A DNA stretch of 64,000 bases from Dehalococcoidia bacterium (lineage in GTDB: Bacteria > Chloroflexota > Dehalococcoidia > Lucifugimonadales > UBA3495): contig OZ220699.1 of NCBI GenBank assembly GCA_965116565.1, forward strand, positions 3,658,858 through 3,722,857. The letters run 5' to 3'. Positions within the stretch are counted from its first letter, which is position 1. Every line of letters begins with the position of its first letter. Below, one piece after another: positions 10,246 through 18,772 of the stretch. The position numbers and the translations under genes are program-made. Below the pieces are notes generated by a model. That model had not been told where the DNA came from. It saw only the letters and a list, made by a program, of their open reading frames with translations, and did not search any database.

Positions 10246-11043
10246 TCAAAAGACGGTCTTAATTACCTTTGACACTCCCATCAACAGATCTTTGACCTGA
10301 TCTGCCGTTGGGTCTGATTCTTTGTCGTGGGCGCACATATTACGCACATCCCCCAACTGCTGAATTGACCGCCATTGAGAGGTATCGATGACATTTGCTT
10401 CTTTCAGAGCATTGTCGAAATCAGCCAGCGTGGGCATCCGCTTGCGAATCGTAATGGCGTGGGAGTCACATACCTCTTTAAGATGCCGTTCCAAAACTAC
10501 GCCTGCCATCGCTCCTGCAGCCCTCTCAAATCCATTCTTCGCAAGTTCTACGGCTGCTTCTAACTCTGAATCGAAGAGATCGGCTTGGGCCAATTGGCGA
10601 ATATCAAACAATGAACTCTGGAAGCGCACTTGTATCGCCTTCACTATGTTCAATTGTTGGCGGAAACGCGGAATAGCCGCGCTAGGTCCGACGACCGTAT
10701 TTCTGCCCCGCTTCCTGACAAGTCTGTCGAGGTAGTCCTCCATCGTGTAATTTTCGTATGTTATTTCCTTGCGCGATTTTGGCTTCTCGTAGTATCGGGT
10801 GAAGTCTGTCAGTCTGTCGGGCAGCAACTGTCTGACTAGAACTTTAGCCTCAGAGTACCAAGCCTGATATTCGTCCCTGAAAGATGGTAGCGATTGGATG
10901 TATTCGTCAATCTCGTCCCCCAACGATTCCTTAGCGGTTCGCGAAAACCTTTGAGGGTCGCATTCGTGCTAAATAGCATCGTGCAACTGATCACCCTTCC
11001 CGATTAGGGCATCTAGATCGTCCTTATATCGGTCTACGGTCAT
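10246..11043 (-). pseudogene. HEPN-domain protein (Rx4H = RNMCAH) interrupted by in-frame TAG
   Basis: The track ORF 10246..10923 starts at a TTG. The same frame continues upstream through TAG 10969-10971 to ATG 11043, which has GGGAG upstream (MTVDRYKDDLDALIGKGDQLHDAI*HECDPQRF..). GC is visibly lower. Confidence 0.6.
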
Positions 11044-11071
11044 TGTCCCAGTATCTCCCAAACCAACATTC

Positions 11072-11620
11072 TCACGATCTGGCCAACTCGTCGGCGTCCA
11101 TCAAGGCGTTCAAATCCGCCCACGTGAAGTAGGACAATTTCGCTCCCGTCGCCTTGTAGTTCACGCAGGCATCAACGTCTGCTGCCCTTATGTGGGGATA
11201 ACTTTGAAGAATATCTGATACCGTCCATGCTCCTCTCAACCGGTCGGTCACCAGCTCAACCGAGATGCGCGTGTTCACGATCACCGGCTTGCCGCCGCAT
11301 CTCCCCGGAACGCATTCGATGCGATCTCGCCAGTCGGCGACCTTTTCCGGTGTGGCTTTCTCGATTGTTGCGATCATGTCAGCCAAGCTGCGTTCCATTT
11401 CCGCTTCGTGGTAGCGTCGGCACGCCTCAACGTCTTCTTTCGTGATGTGCAGGTAGTTGCCGGTGATGGTTTCAACAGTATTGCCCCTCCCGAGCAGCTG
11501 GTTGACCAGCACCACGGCAATGCCCGTGCCTCTGATGGTGGGCTCGCCACCCAACACCGACGGGTCGCTCACGATCCGATCCTGCCAATCTGTCCCTTCA
11601 TTCTGATGCGGCGTGTCCAT
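11072..11620 (-). CDS. tandem DUF433 domain protein (two antitoxin-like DUF433 modules)
   Basis: Two copies of the DUF433 signature (DPSVLGGEPTIRGTGI.. and VPGRCGGKPVIVNTRI..). Start at ATG 11620 with GGAGG upstream. The longer track ORF is an antisense read-through. Confidence 0.65.
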   Translation of the reverse strand: MDTPHQNEGTDWQDRIVSDPSVLGGEPTIRGTGIAVVLVNQLLGRGNTVETITGNYLHITKEDVEACRRYHEAEMERSLADMIATIEKATPEKVADWRDRIECVPGRCGGKPVIVNTRISVELVTDRLRGAWTVSDILQSYPHIRAADVDACVNYKATGAKLSYFTWADLNALMDADELARS

Positions 11621-11765
11621 GATCGTTGCCTCCGTGCCGGCGGATGCGGTCCGTTCCCCATTGTACCGGATGCAATGGACAGCCCCGCGCTCCCCGGTGT
11701 AGATTGCCTGCCGTATCAATCCGCCTGCACCATCCCAGCCTGCACCATTCAAGGAGAGCGCTAAC

Positions 11766-12830
11766 ATGGCCGAATACAACCTGGCAGTCATCGCCGGCGA
11801 CGGCATCGGACCCGAGGTCATCGCGGAGGGCCGCAAGGTCCTCGACGCCGTGGCCGCCCAGACCGACGACCTCTCCTTCCGCTCCACCGAGTACCCCTGG
11901 GGCAGCGACTACTACCGAGAGACCGGCCGCATGATGCCCGAGGACGGCCTCGACCAGCTATCCGCCCATGACGCCATCCTGTTCGGCGCGGTGGGCGACC
12001 CCAACATCCCCGACCACATCACGTTGCAGGGTCTCCTGCTGCCCATGCGCCGCGCCTTCGACCAGGCCATCTGCGTGCGCCCGGCCGTACTGTTCCCCGG
12101 CGTCGAGTCGCCCATCGCCGGCAAGCAGGCCGGCGACGTGGACATGGTCATCTTCCGCGAGAACACCGAGGGCGAGTATGCCCCGGTCGGTGGCCGCCTC
12201 TACGCCGGCACACCCCATGAGACGGTGATCCAGAGCGGCGTGTTCACCCGGCGCGGCACCGAGCGCATCATCCGCGCCGCCTTCGAGTACAGCCTCCGGC
12301 GCGGCAGCAGGAACAAGGTGACGTCGGTCACCAAGTCCAACGCCCAGGCCTTCAGCATGGTGTTCTGGGACGAGGTGTTCGACGACGTTGCCGCCGACTA
12401 TCCCCAGGTGCAGACCGAGTCCCTGCTGGTGGACCGCGCCGCCATGGACCTGGTCCGCTGGCCCGAGGACTTCGATGTGATCGTCGCCTCCAACCTGTTT
12501 GCCGACATCCTGTCCGACATCGCCGCCGTGGTGACGGGCAGCATGGGCCTGGCCCCCAGCGCCAACATCAACCCCGAAAAGACCTCCCCGTCCATGTTCG
12601 AGCCCGTGCATGGAGCGGCTTTCGACATCACCGGCCAGAGCAAGGCCAACCCCCTGGCCACCATCTTCGCCGTGGCCATGCTCCTGGAGCACCTGGGCGA
12701 GACCGACGCCGCCGACCGGGTCAACGCCGCCGCCACGCGCGTCCTCAACGAGCGCATCGCCCTCACCGCCGACCTCGGCGGCAACGCCAGCACCCAGCAG
12801 GTGGGCGACGCGGTGGTCGGGCTGCTGTAG
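11766..12830 (+). CDS. isopropylmalate/isocitrate/tartrate dehydrogenase family oxidoreductase
   Basis: 354 aa. The N-terminal LAVIAGDGIGPEV and overall layout fit the beta-decarboxylating dehydrogenase family (tartrate/D-malate DH-like). Confidence 0.8.
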   Translation: MAEYNLAVIAGDGIGPEVIAEGRKVLDAVAAQTDDLSFRSTEYPWGSDYYRETGRMMPEDGLDQLSAHDAILFGAVGDPNIPDHITLQGLLLPMRRAFDQAICVRPAVLFPGVESPIAGKQAGDVDMVIFRENTEGEYAPVGGRLYAGTPHETVIQSGVFTRRGTERIIRAAFEYSLRRGSRNKVTSVTKSNAQAFSMVFWDEVFDDVAADYPQVQTESLLVDRAAMDLVRWPEDFDVIVASNLFADILSDIAAVVTGSMGLAPSANINPEKTSPSMFEPVHGAAFDITGQSKANPLATIFAVAMLLEHLGETDAADRVNAAATRVLNERIALTADLGGNASTQQVGDAVVGLL

Positions 12831-12966
12831 GAGCAGCCCGCCGCTCATCTTGAGCCTGGCGAAGGATGCGCATCAGCAGCCGCGTCTGGCGGCGCCGCGC
12901 CGGATGGCGCACCAATCGCTAGCGACAGTGGCTGTTCAGGGTTACGGTGACGGTCTAACACCAAAA

Positions 12967-12994
12967 CCGTCATACCGGCCTTGAGCCGGTATCC
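12967..12994 (-). repeat. REP-like hairpin CCGTCATACCGGCCTTGAGCCGGTATCC (family with 56699-56725 and 63766-63792)
   Basis: The reverse complement reads GGATACCGGCTCAAGGCCGGTATGACGG. It shares the GGATnCC..stem..ATGACG frame with the two other copies. Confidence 0.5.
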
Positions 12995-13170
12995 AGATAA
13001 TCCTTCCTCTGCTCACGTTCCCCGATCCCCGGACTGTACGCGTCTCCGCCAGCCCGCCGGTGAGGCATCCATAACAAGCAAACCCATCCACTCTGAACAG
13101 TTCCTAGCGACAACCAACCCTTGCCAGCGCGTAGCAACAGGCATTAGGGTACGGGCACTTCCGAACAGGG

Positions 13171-13845
13171 GTGCCCGTTTTGCTTTTTGACTACCCACAG
13201 GTCGAACAGGGATACCAGCCTATCAGCAGCGTTGGGGAAGGCAGTGACGGCGAGTTGATTGAAACCATGTTGGGATTCTATTCGTCGATTAGTCCTGAAC
13301 CCATCCTCGACGCCACTTACAACAGGGGGCGCTTCTGGAAAAATTCGACACGGGAAGTTGTGTCGATGGACATAGATCCCAAGTTCCAAACGATGATCGT
13401 TGGCGACAATCGGGTCATGGAAGGAGTTCCGGACGCTGCATTCGGGACGGTCATTTACGACCCGCCTCACGTTGGCCCGCAGGGTCGAGACAAGAGCAGC
13501 AAGAAATTTGACGAGGATTTTGGGGCGACGGTAGCGTGCGGAAAAGAGCATGACTGGAGCCTGAGCTATCTATATCCTCCATTCCTGGAACAGGCGAAAC
13601 GGGTTCTGAAACTGGAAGGGCTACTTCTCGCCAAGATTACCGATATGGTGAACAGCCACCGTTCAAAGTGGAGCCACTGCGATTTCTTGCGGATGGCGGA
13701 TGAGGCGGGATTCACCGTCTGCGACCTTATCATCAAGGTCCGAACGGGCCCGATGACCTCCACGAAATGGAACACCGCCCACCACGCGAGGAAACGGCAC
13801 TGCTTCTGGATAATTTGCCGCAACAGTACCAGGTGCGAGCGATAA
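13171..13845 (+). CDS. putative DNA amino-methyltransferase (DPPH motif)
   Basis: VIYDPPHVG resembles the (D/N/S)PP(Y/F/W/H) motif IV of N6A/N4C methyltransferases. It lies directly upstream of a restriction-enzyme gene and GC is lower. The GTG start is uncertain. Confidence 0.5.
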   Translation: MPVLLFDYPQVEQGYQPISSVGEGSDGELIETMLGFYSSISPEPILDATYNRGRFWKNSTREVVSMDIDPKFQTMIVGDNRVMEGVPDAAFGTVIYDPPHVGPQGRDKSSKKFDEDFGATVACGKEHDWSLSYLYPPFLEQAKRVLKLEGLLLAKITDMVNSHRSKWSHCDFLRMADEAGFTVCDLIIKVRTGPMTSTKWNTAHHARKRHCFWIICRNSTRCER

Positions 13846-13848
13846 TCG

Positions 13849-14568
13849 GTGCGAGACTACAACCCGCTCAGCGTGAACGAACTGGGCCGAAACGCAGCCC
13901 GGGCCTTGATGGAATACCCTGCCGACGCGCTGCCACCGAACGAAGCCTTCGTTGGCGCTGGAGTTTATACCCTGCACTACACCGGAACCTTTCCTTCGTA
14001 TGCTGACACCGGGCTTGATGTCCCCATCTATGTGGGAAAGGCCGACCCGCCGGGGCGAAGACAAGGACGGACGCAGTCGTCAACCACCGTTCTCCACCGC
14101 CGCCTGCAGGAACATGCAGACTCAACTGCGGCGGCGTCCAATCTGAACCTCACCGACTTTACCTGCCGGCGGCTCGTGCTTGATCCCGTTTGGATCGGAC
14201 TCACGGAGCAGATGCTGCTCGCGCAGTATCAACCACTTTGGAACGTGGTTGTCGATGGGTTTGGCAATCATGACCCGGGCGCCGGCCGCAGGAACCAGCG
14301 ACGGTCCCGATGGGACACCTTGCACCCGGGACGTGAATGGGCGTCCCGCCTTCGGGACAGGGGCGAGACCGCGGCTGATGTTATCGCCGCCATCGAAGCC
14401 CACAGGGAGTGCAGGCAAACCAGGCACATACGCTATATCGCTCCCACCCGCTCCGATACGTCCCGGGCCGCTGCCAGGTACACCGGGTTGGGGTTCAGCG
14501 CGTACTCGCGCCTGCTTCCGAGTATGCTAACATCATCCCATCCTGCCCGTACCCGGCACGCTCGCTGA
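13849..14568 (+). CDS. Eco29kI-family GIY-YIG restriction endonuclease
   Basis: GVYTLHY..PIYVGKA (GIY-YIG), plus GFGNHDPGAGR and WDTLHPGREWA, match my recollection of the Eco29kI family. Confidence 0.7.
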   Translation: MRDYNPLSVNELGRNAARALMEYPADALPPNEAFVGAGVYTLHYTGTFPSYADTGLDVPIYVGKADPPGRRQGRTQSSTTVLHRRLQEHADSTAAASNLNLTDFTCRRLVLDPVWIGLTEQMLLAQYQPLWNVVVDGFGNHDPGAGRRNQRRSRWDTLHPGREWASRLRDRGETAADVIAAIEAHRECRQTRHIRYIAPTRSDTSRAAARYTGLGFSAYSRLLPSMLTSSHPARTRHAR

Positions 14569-14584
14569 ACCCACGAGGTGCGCC

Positions 14585-15304
14585 ATGACCACTGCCAACA
14601 CTCAACCCGGCGCCGTCCCAAAGACGGCGCAGCCTTCGCCGCGCTATCGCCTGCCGGACCCGCCGGAACCCCATCCTGACGACATGACCAGCGCCAAACA
14701 CCTAGCCCTCACCGGCAACGCACACCACCTCATCCAACATTTTGGCAACCCTGACACTACTCTGGTCGCCGCCGAACGCTACATCGTGTTGGCCCCCCAT
14801 CCCGGACGGGACGCCATCCGGCGCAGTCCCGACCTGCTCATCGCCTTCAACGTTGACCCCCAGGCTTACGAGGATAGCAACGGGTATATCATCTCCGAGC
14901 AGAGCAAGCCGCCTGACTTCGTGCTGGAAGTGGCATCGCCGAGAACCGGCCACATTGACGTGGGGGAGAAGCGTGACGACTATGCGGCGTTGGGTATCCC
15001 GGAATACTGGCGCTTTGACGAAACGGAAACGGGCCAATACCACGGAGCGCGGCTGGCCGGGGACCGGCTGGAGAACGGCCAATACGTGCCCATTCCCATT
15101 GACGAGTTGGACGACGACGTATCGCAGGGATACAGCCCGGTACTGAACCTGCATCTGCGCTGGGAACGCGGACGGCTGGGCTGGCACGACCCGGCAACCG
15201 GCCGCCACATCCTCACCTACGAGGACCAGCGGGACCGCGCCGACCACGCCGAAGCTCGCGTTCGCGCCCTGGAAGCCGAACTGAACCGGTTGCGCAACCC
15301 CTAG
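14585..15304 (+). CDS. Uma2-family (DUF820) PD-(D/E)xK endonuclease-like protein
   Basis: PDLLIAF.., KPPDFVLEVASPRT and YAALGIPEYWRFD are typical of the Uma2 family. Confidence 0.75.
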   Translation: MTTANTQPGAVPKTAQPSPRYRLPDPPEPHPDDMTSAKHLALTGNAHHLIQHFGNPDTTLVAAERYIVLAPHPGRDAIRRSPDLLIAFNVDPQAYEDSNGYIISEQSKPPDFVLEVASPRTGHIDVGEKRDDYAALGIPEYWRFDETETGQYHGARLAGDRLENGQYVPIPIDELDDDVSQGYSPVLNLHLRWERGRLGWHDPATGRHILTYEDQRDRADHAEARVRALEAELNRLRNP

Positions 15305-15346
15305 CATCCGTCCCCGCGAACCAAATTTCGTTGATGGTAATCGCCA

Positions 15347-15801
15347 TCATTCCCCCTCCGTAGCTGCTGATCCATCCTCGTCTTCCAACCCGGCAATACG
15401 GCGGCGTTCGGCTTCCAGCAGCGCCTCAATATCCGGCGGCTCTTCGCCCGGCTCGACCTTCCTGAGTACCATAATCCCCGGCCGATCCTCAGTAGGGGGC
15501 TGGTAGGGCGGAAACGTCGTCCGCTTTTCGCCGCTGGGAGCCGGCCACTCCTGGCCTCCGTGGTAGTCGGGCATGCGCTCGCACACGGTGTCCAGCGCCC
15601 GCAGCCAGAAAGTGCGTTCCGCGTGCCAGGACTCGTGCATCGACCAGCCTTCCGCCGACTCGCACCGCCCCTGCTCGCACGACAGCAGCCCGCCCAGGCT
15701 CAGGTGCACGCCGTGCCAGTCCACCGACGCCGCGCCCCAGTCCGGCACCAGCCGGCCATCCTCAAAGTCATTCGCCGGATACGCGAGACACAGGCGGTGC
15801 C
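15347..15801 (-). pseudogene. C-terminal half of unknown gene split by IS256-family insertion
   Basis: The reading frame ..HRLCLAYPANDF.. continues the N-terminal half (17166-17741) exactly once the IS and one copy of the 8-bp duplication are removed. Confidence 0.75.
15794..15801. repeat. target-site duplication GCGGTGCC (copy 1)
   Basis: The identical 8-mer abuts the other IS end at 17166-17173. Confidence 0.8.
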
Positions 15802-17165
15802 GGTTACGTCCCGTCAATAGGTGTAATTGGCGTCATCCTTGTTGATGTTATTAGGCTGCGGCCTCCAGGATGTTGCTGGCCGGCAAGGTCTCGGCAGCAA
15901 GATCGTCGGTGAAGGTGAGATAGCGGCGGCCTTCGGCCCATTCGTCGTGCTGTTCGGCCAGTACGGCGCCCACCAGACGCCGGGTCGCTGCTCGGTTGGG
16001 GAAGATGCCCACCACGTCGGTACGCCGGCGGATTTCCTTGTTCAATCGCTCCAACGGGTTGTTGGACCAGAGTTTCTGCCAGTGGGACACTGGGAAGGCG
16101 GTGAAGGCCAGGACGTCGGGGATGGCGTCTTGCAGCATCTGGGCCGGCTGAGGGAAGTGTTCCTGCAGCTGAGCGATCACCCGATCGGCCTGGGCGTGGA
16201 CCTCTTCTGGGGAGAGCTGCTTGTAGATGGTACGCACCATGGTGGCCACGCCAGGTTGAGACCGCTTGGGCACCCTGCTCAGCAGGTTGGCCATGAAGTG
16301 GGTTCGACACCGCTGCCACGCCGCTCCGGCAAACACGGTGGCAATGGCGTTTTTCAGTCCCTGGTGGGCATCGGAGATGACCAACTCGACACCGCTGAGT
16401 CCCCTGGCGTTGAGCGAGCGCAGGAAAGACAGCCAGAACGCGCCGTCCTCGCTGGCGCCCACGTCCATGCCCAATACCTCCCGCTGACCCTGAGCGTTGA
16501 CACCGGTGGCCACCACCACGCTGACATTCACGATCCGCCCGCCCTCTCTGACCTTCTGGGTCAAAGCGTCCAGCCAAACGTACGGATAGGGACCACCATC
16601 CAGAGGCCGACCCAGAAAGATCTCCACCACCTGGTCCAGGTCCCGGCAGATGCGTGAGACCTGGCTTTTCGAAATGCCGTCGCAGCCCAGAGATTTGATC
16701 AGATCATCCACCCGCCTGGTGGACACCCCTTCCACGTAGGCCTGCTGTATAACACTCAGGAGTGCTTTCTCACTGCGTCGCCGGGGTTCCAACAAGCTGG
16801 GGAAATAGCTGCCTTCCCGGAGCTTCGGGATGCGCAACTCCATCGTCCCCACCCGGGTGTCCCAGTCTCGACTGCGGTAGCCGTTGCGGTGGGTAGTGCG
16901 CTCCGAGTTGCGTTCACCATGCTCAGCGCCGATCTGCGCCGATACCTCGGCATCCATGATCCCCTCCACCAGCACCTGCAGAGCTTCCCGCAGGAAGTCC
17001 ACATCACCGTCCATGCCGCGCTTGCGTAGTAGTTCCAAAAGGTCCATGCTGTTCTTGGCCATCGCGGTCCTCCCTCATCGGGTTTGTTGTTGTTCCGATA
17101 AGGATGACGCGGTGGCTCTCTTCTTGCCACCTAGTCCCTGTTACACCACCTTCAGGGACTCTACT
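15802..17165 (-). mobile_element. IS256-family insertion sequence (1364 bp)
   Basis: Single Mutator/IS256-type transposase ORF. The imperfect 29-bp terminal inverted repeats (15802-15830 and 17137-17165) match at 17/29 positions, including GTCCC and GGTGTAA. The element is flanked by an 8-bp direct repeat. Confidence 0.85.
15851..17062 (-). CDS. IS256-family (Mutator-type) transposase
   Basis: 403 aa with ..YRSRDWDTRVGTMELRIPKLREGSYFPSLLEPRRR.., GVSTRRVDDL, YPYVWLDA, ISDAHQGLKNAI and WQRCRTHF. Confidence 0.9.
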   Translation of the reverse strand: MAKNSMDLLELLRKRGMDGDVDFLREALQVLVEGIMDAEVSAQIGAEHGERNSERTTHRNGYRSRDWDTRVGTMELRIPKLREGSYFPSLLEPRRRSEKALLSVIQQAYVEGVSTRRVDDLIKSLGCDGISKSQVSRICRDLDQVVEIFLGRPLDGGPYPYVWLDALTQKVREGGRIVNVSVVVATGVNAQGQREVLGMDVGASEDGAFWLSFLRSLNARGLSGVELVISDAHQGLKNAIATVFAGAAWQRCRTHFMANLLSRVPKRSQPGVATMVRTIYKQLSPEEVHAQADRVIAQLQEHFPQPAQMLQDAIPDVLAFTAFPVSHWQKLWSNNPLERLNKEIRRRTDVVGIFPNRAATRRLVGAVLAEQHDEWAEGRRYLTFTDDLAAETLPASNILEAAA

Positions 17166-17173
17166 GCGGTGCC
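17166..17173. repeat. target-site duplication GCGGTGCC (copy 2)
   Basis: Identical to 15794-15801 and immediately outside the IS end. Confidence 0.8.
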
Positions 17174-17741
17174 AGTCCTCCGGCCCGTGAATCTCGTAGA
17201 TTTTCACGTCCGCCGGCATCCGCATCAGCCAGCATTGCAGCGGCCAGCTTTCCGGCCAGATGTCTCCCGTATGATTCTCGTAGGCAATGAGCATCGACGC
17301 AGAGTGTTCAAAGAGTGTCGTAGTGTACTGTGGGCCGAGCGGCTTCTGCGCGTAGCGTTCCCACCGTGAGGGGGGAGTGTTCGGCCGTTTCCATTGAGAC
17401 GGATCCGGAGTCTCACCGTCGTGCGGAATCCACACCTGCGTATCTAAATCGGGACCTTCGTACCACCAGGCCGTCCCCTCGTGCGCCAGCGTAGCCTCCA
17501 CCAGCGGCCGGATTACCGGCGCCAGCCCCAGCATCTCCGCCACCACCTGCTCGTGGTCCGGCAGCCACCGCTCAACCATGTCCACCGCCTCGGCGGCCAG
17601 CCGCAGGCTAACCGCCGGATCCGCCAGGTCCTCCGGCAGATACCCGCGTTCCCGAGCATCCGCGAAGAACGCGCAACCCATCGGCGACGCCAGAATATCC
17701 TCGGCCCGCTGCCGCAAATCGCTCACGCTGGCTACCCCCAT
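17166..17741 (-). pseudogene. N-terminal half of unknown gene split by IS256-family insertion
   Basis: The ORF from ATG 17741 reads ..KIYEIHGPEDWHR and then runs into IS sequence. It joins in frame to 15801 downward. Confidence 0.75.
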
Positions 17742-17834
17742 GCCCGGTCAGGTGTCCGATCGTTGGTCAATCTCGTAATCAATTATGCAACAGAAGTGTA
17801 ATCCACGGCGCCGACCAGTTGGTTACCGTGCCCC

Positions 17835-18219
17835 ATCCGACTCTGGTCACTCCATCCGCGTTACCTCGATGCCGGGGGCCTCAATGCCGGGGGCCTCGAC
17901 GCCCACTGGCGTGAGGGTTTGCTGGCGCAGAAAGTCCTCGCCAGAGACGCCCACAGCTACCGCACCCTATCTGCGCGCCGTGTGCGACGAGGCGGACCTA
18001 CGCGGCTACCGGTTCCGTCGAGCCAGGCTGCCCGCGCGCCAACCGGGCATCGCCCGTATCGAGGTTGCCGAGGACCAACTGAGGTACGAGTTGAGCCATC
18101 TCCTCGCCAAGCTCAAAGCGCGAGACCCAGGATGCCACGATCGGCTCCGCACGCCGAACCTGCCTGATCCTCACCCCTCATTCGTCGCTGTGCCCGGCCC
18201 CGTCGCGCCGTGGGAGCGA
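17835..18219 (+). pseudogene. decayed pyrimidine-dimer DNA glycosylase (DenV/Pyr_excise-like)
   Basis: Frame 3 reads RLWSLHPRYLDAGGL..WREGLLAQKVL. Frame 1 reads YLRAVCDEADLRGYRF..QLRYELSHLLAKLKARDP..PHPSFVAVPGPVAPWER. ATC replaces the expected ATG, there is an internal deletion and frameshift, and a 15-bp tandem duplication lies at 17869-17898. Confidence 0.55.
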
Positions 18220-18772
18220 CCCGATCCCGTGCGCCGGCAAGATCGGGGCGGCTGGCCGGCCGGCTCATTTCCCAATCACTGTTCCCTTCCGCACCACACG
18301 GTCGTGTGTCGCGCTACGTACTGCGATTACCGTAATGTATCGCAGCAACGTTATCCGTCTATCATATAGTATATGACTACGAAAATCATTAAAATATCTC
18401 TATACACGACACTAACACCATGCTATCGTTAGCCTCCAAAGGCGAAATCCGCCGAGAACCCGCCCGGTATGAACACGGCGGACTTCGGCGACGTGAAACA
18501 TCGGCGCCAGGAACGCAGGAAAACGCCGGGGGCCGTTCCCGGAGCGCTCGGATACGGTAAAGCGCGCTACCGGGAGCACGTGAAAGAGCACGGAGCGGCC
18601 GATCACAACGTATGGGTTGGGCAACCCGTTGCCGGAGCAACCGGGCCAAACGAGTCTCATCCGGAGCGCCTTCAATTATTCGCTCTCACGTCTTTATATC
18701 CGTCCTCTTTGCCAGACCTGTACCGCATATCGAAGGAATAAACGGACCCGTAGATTTCCGGAGGTGAGGTTT

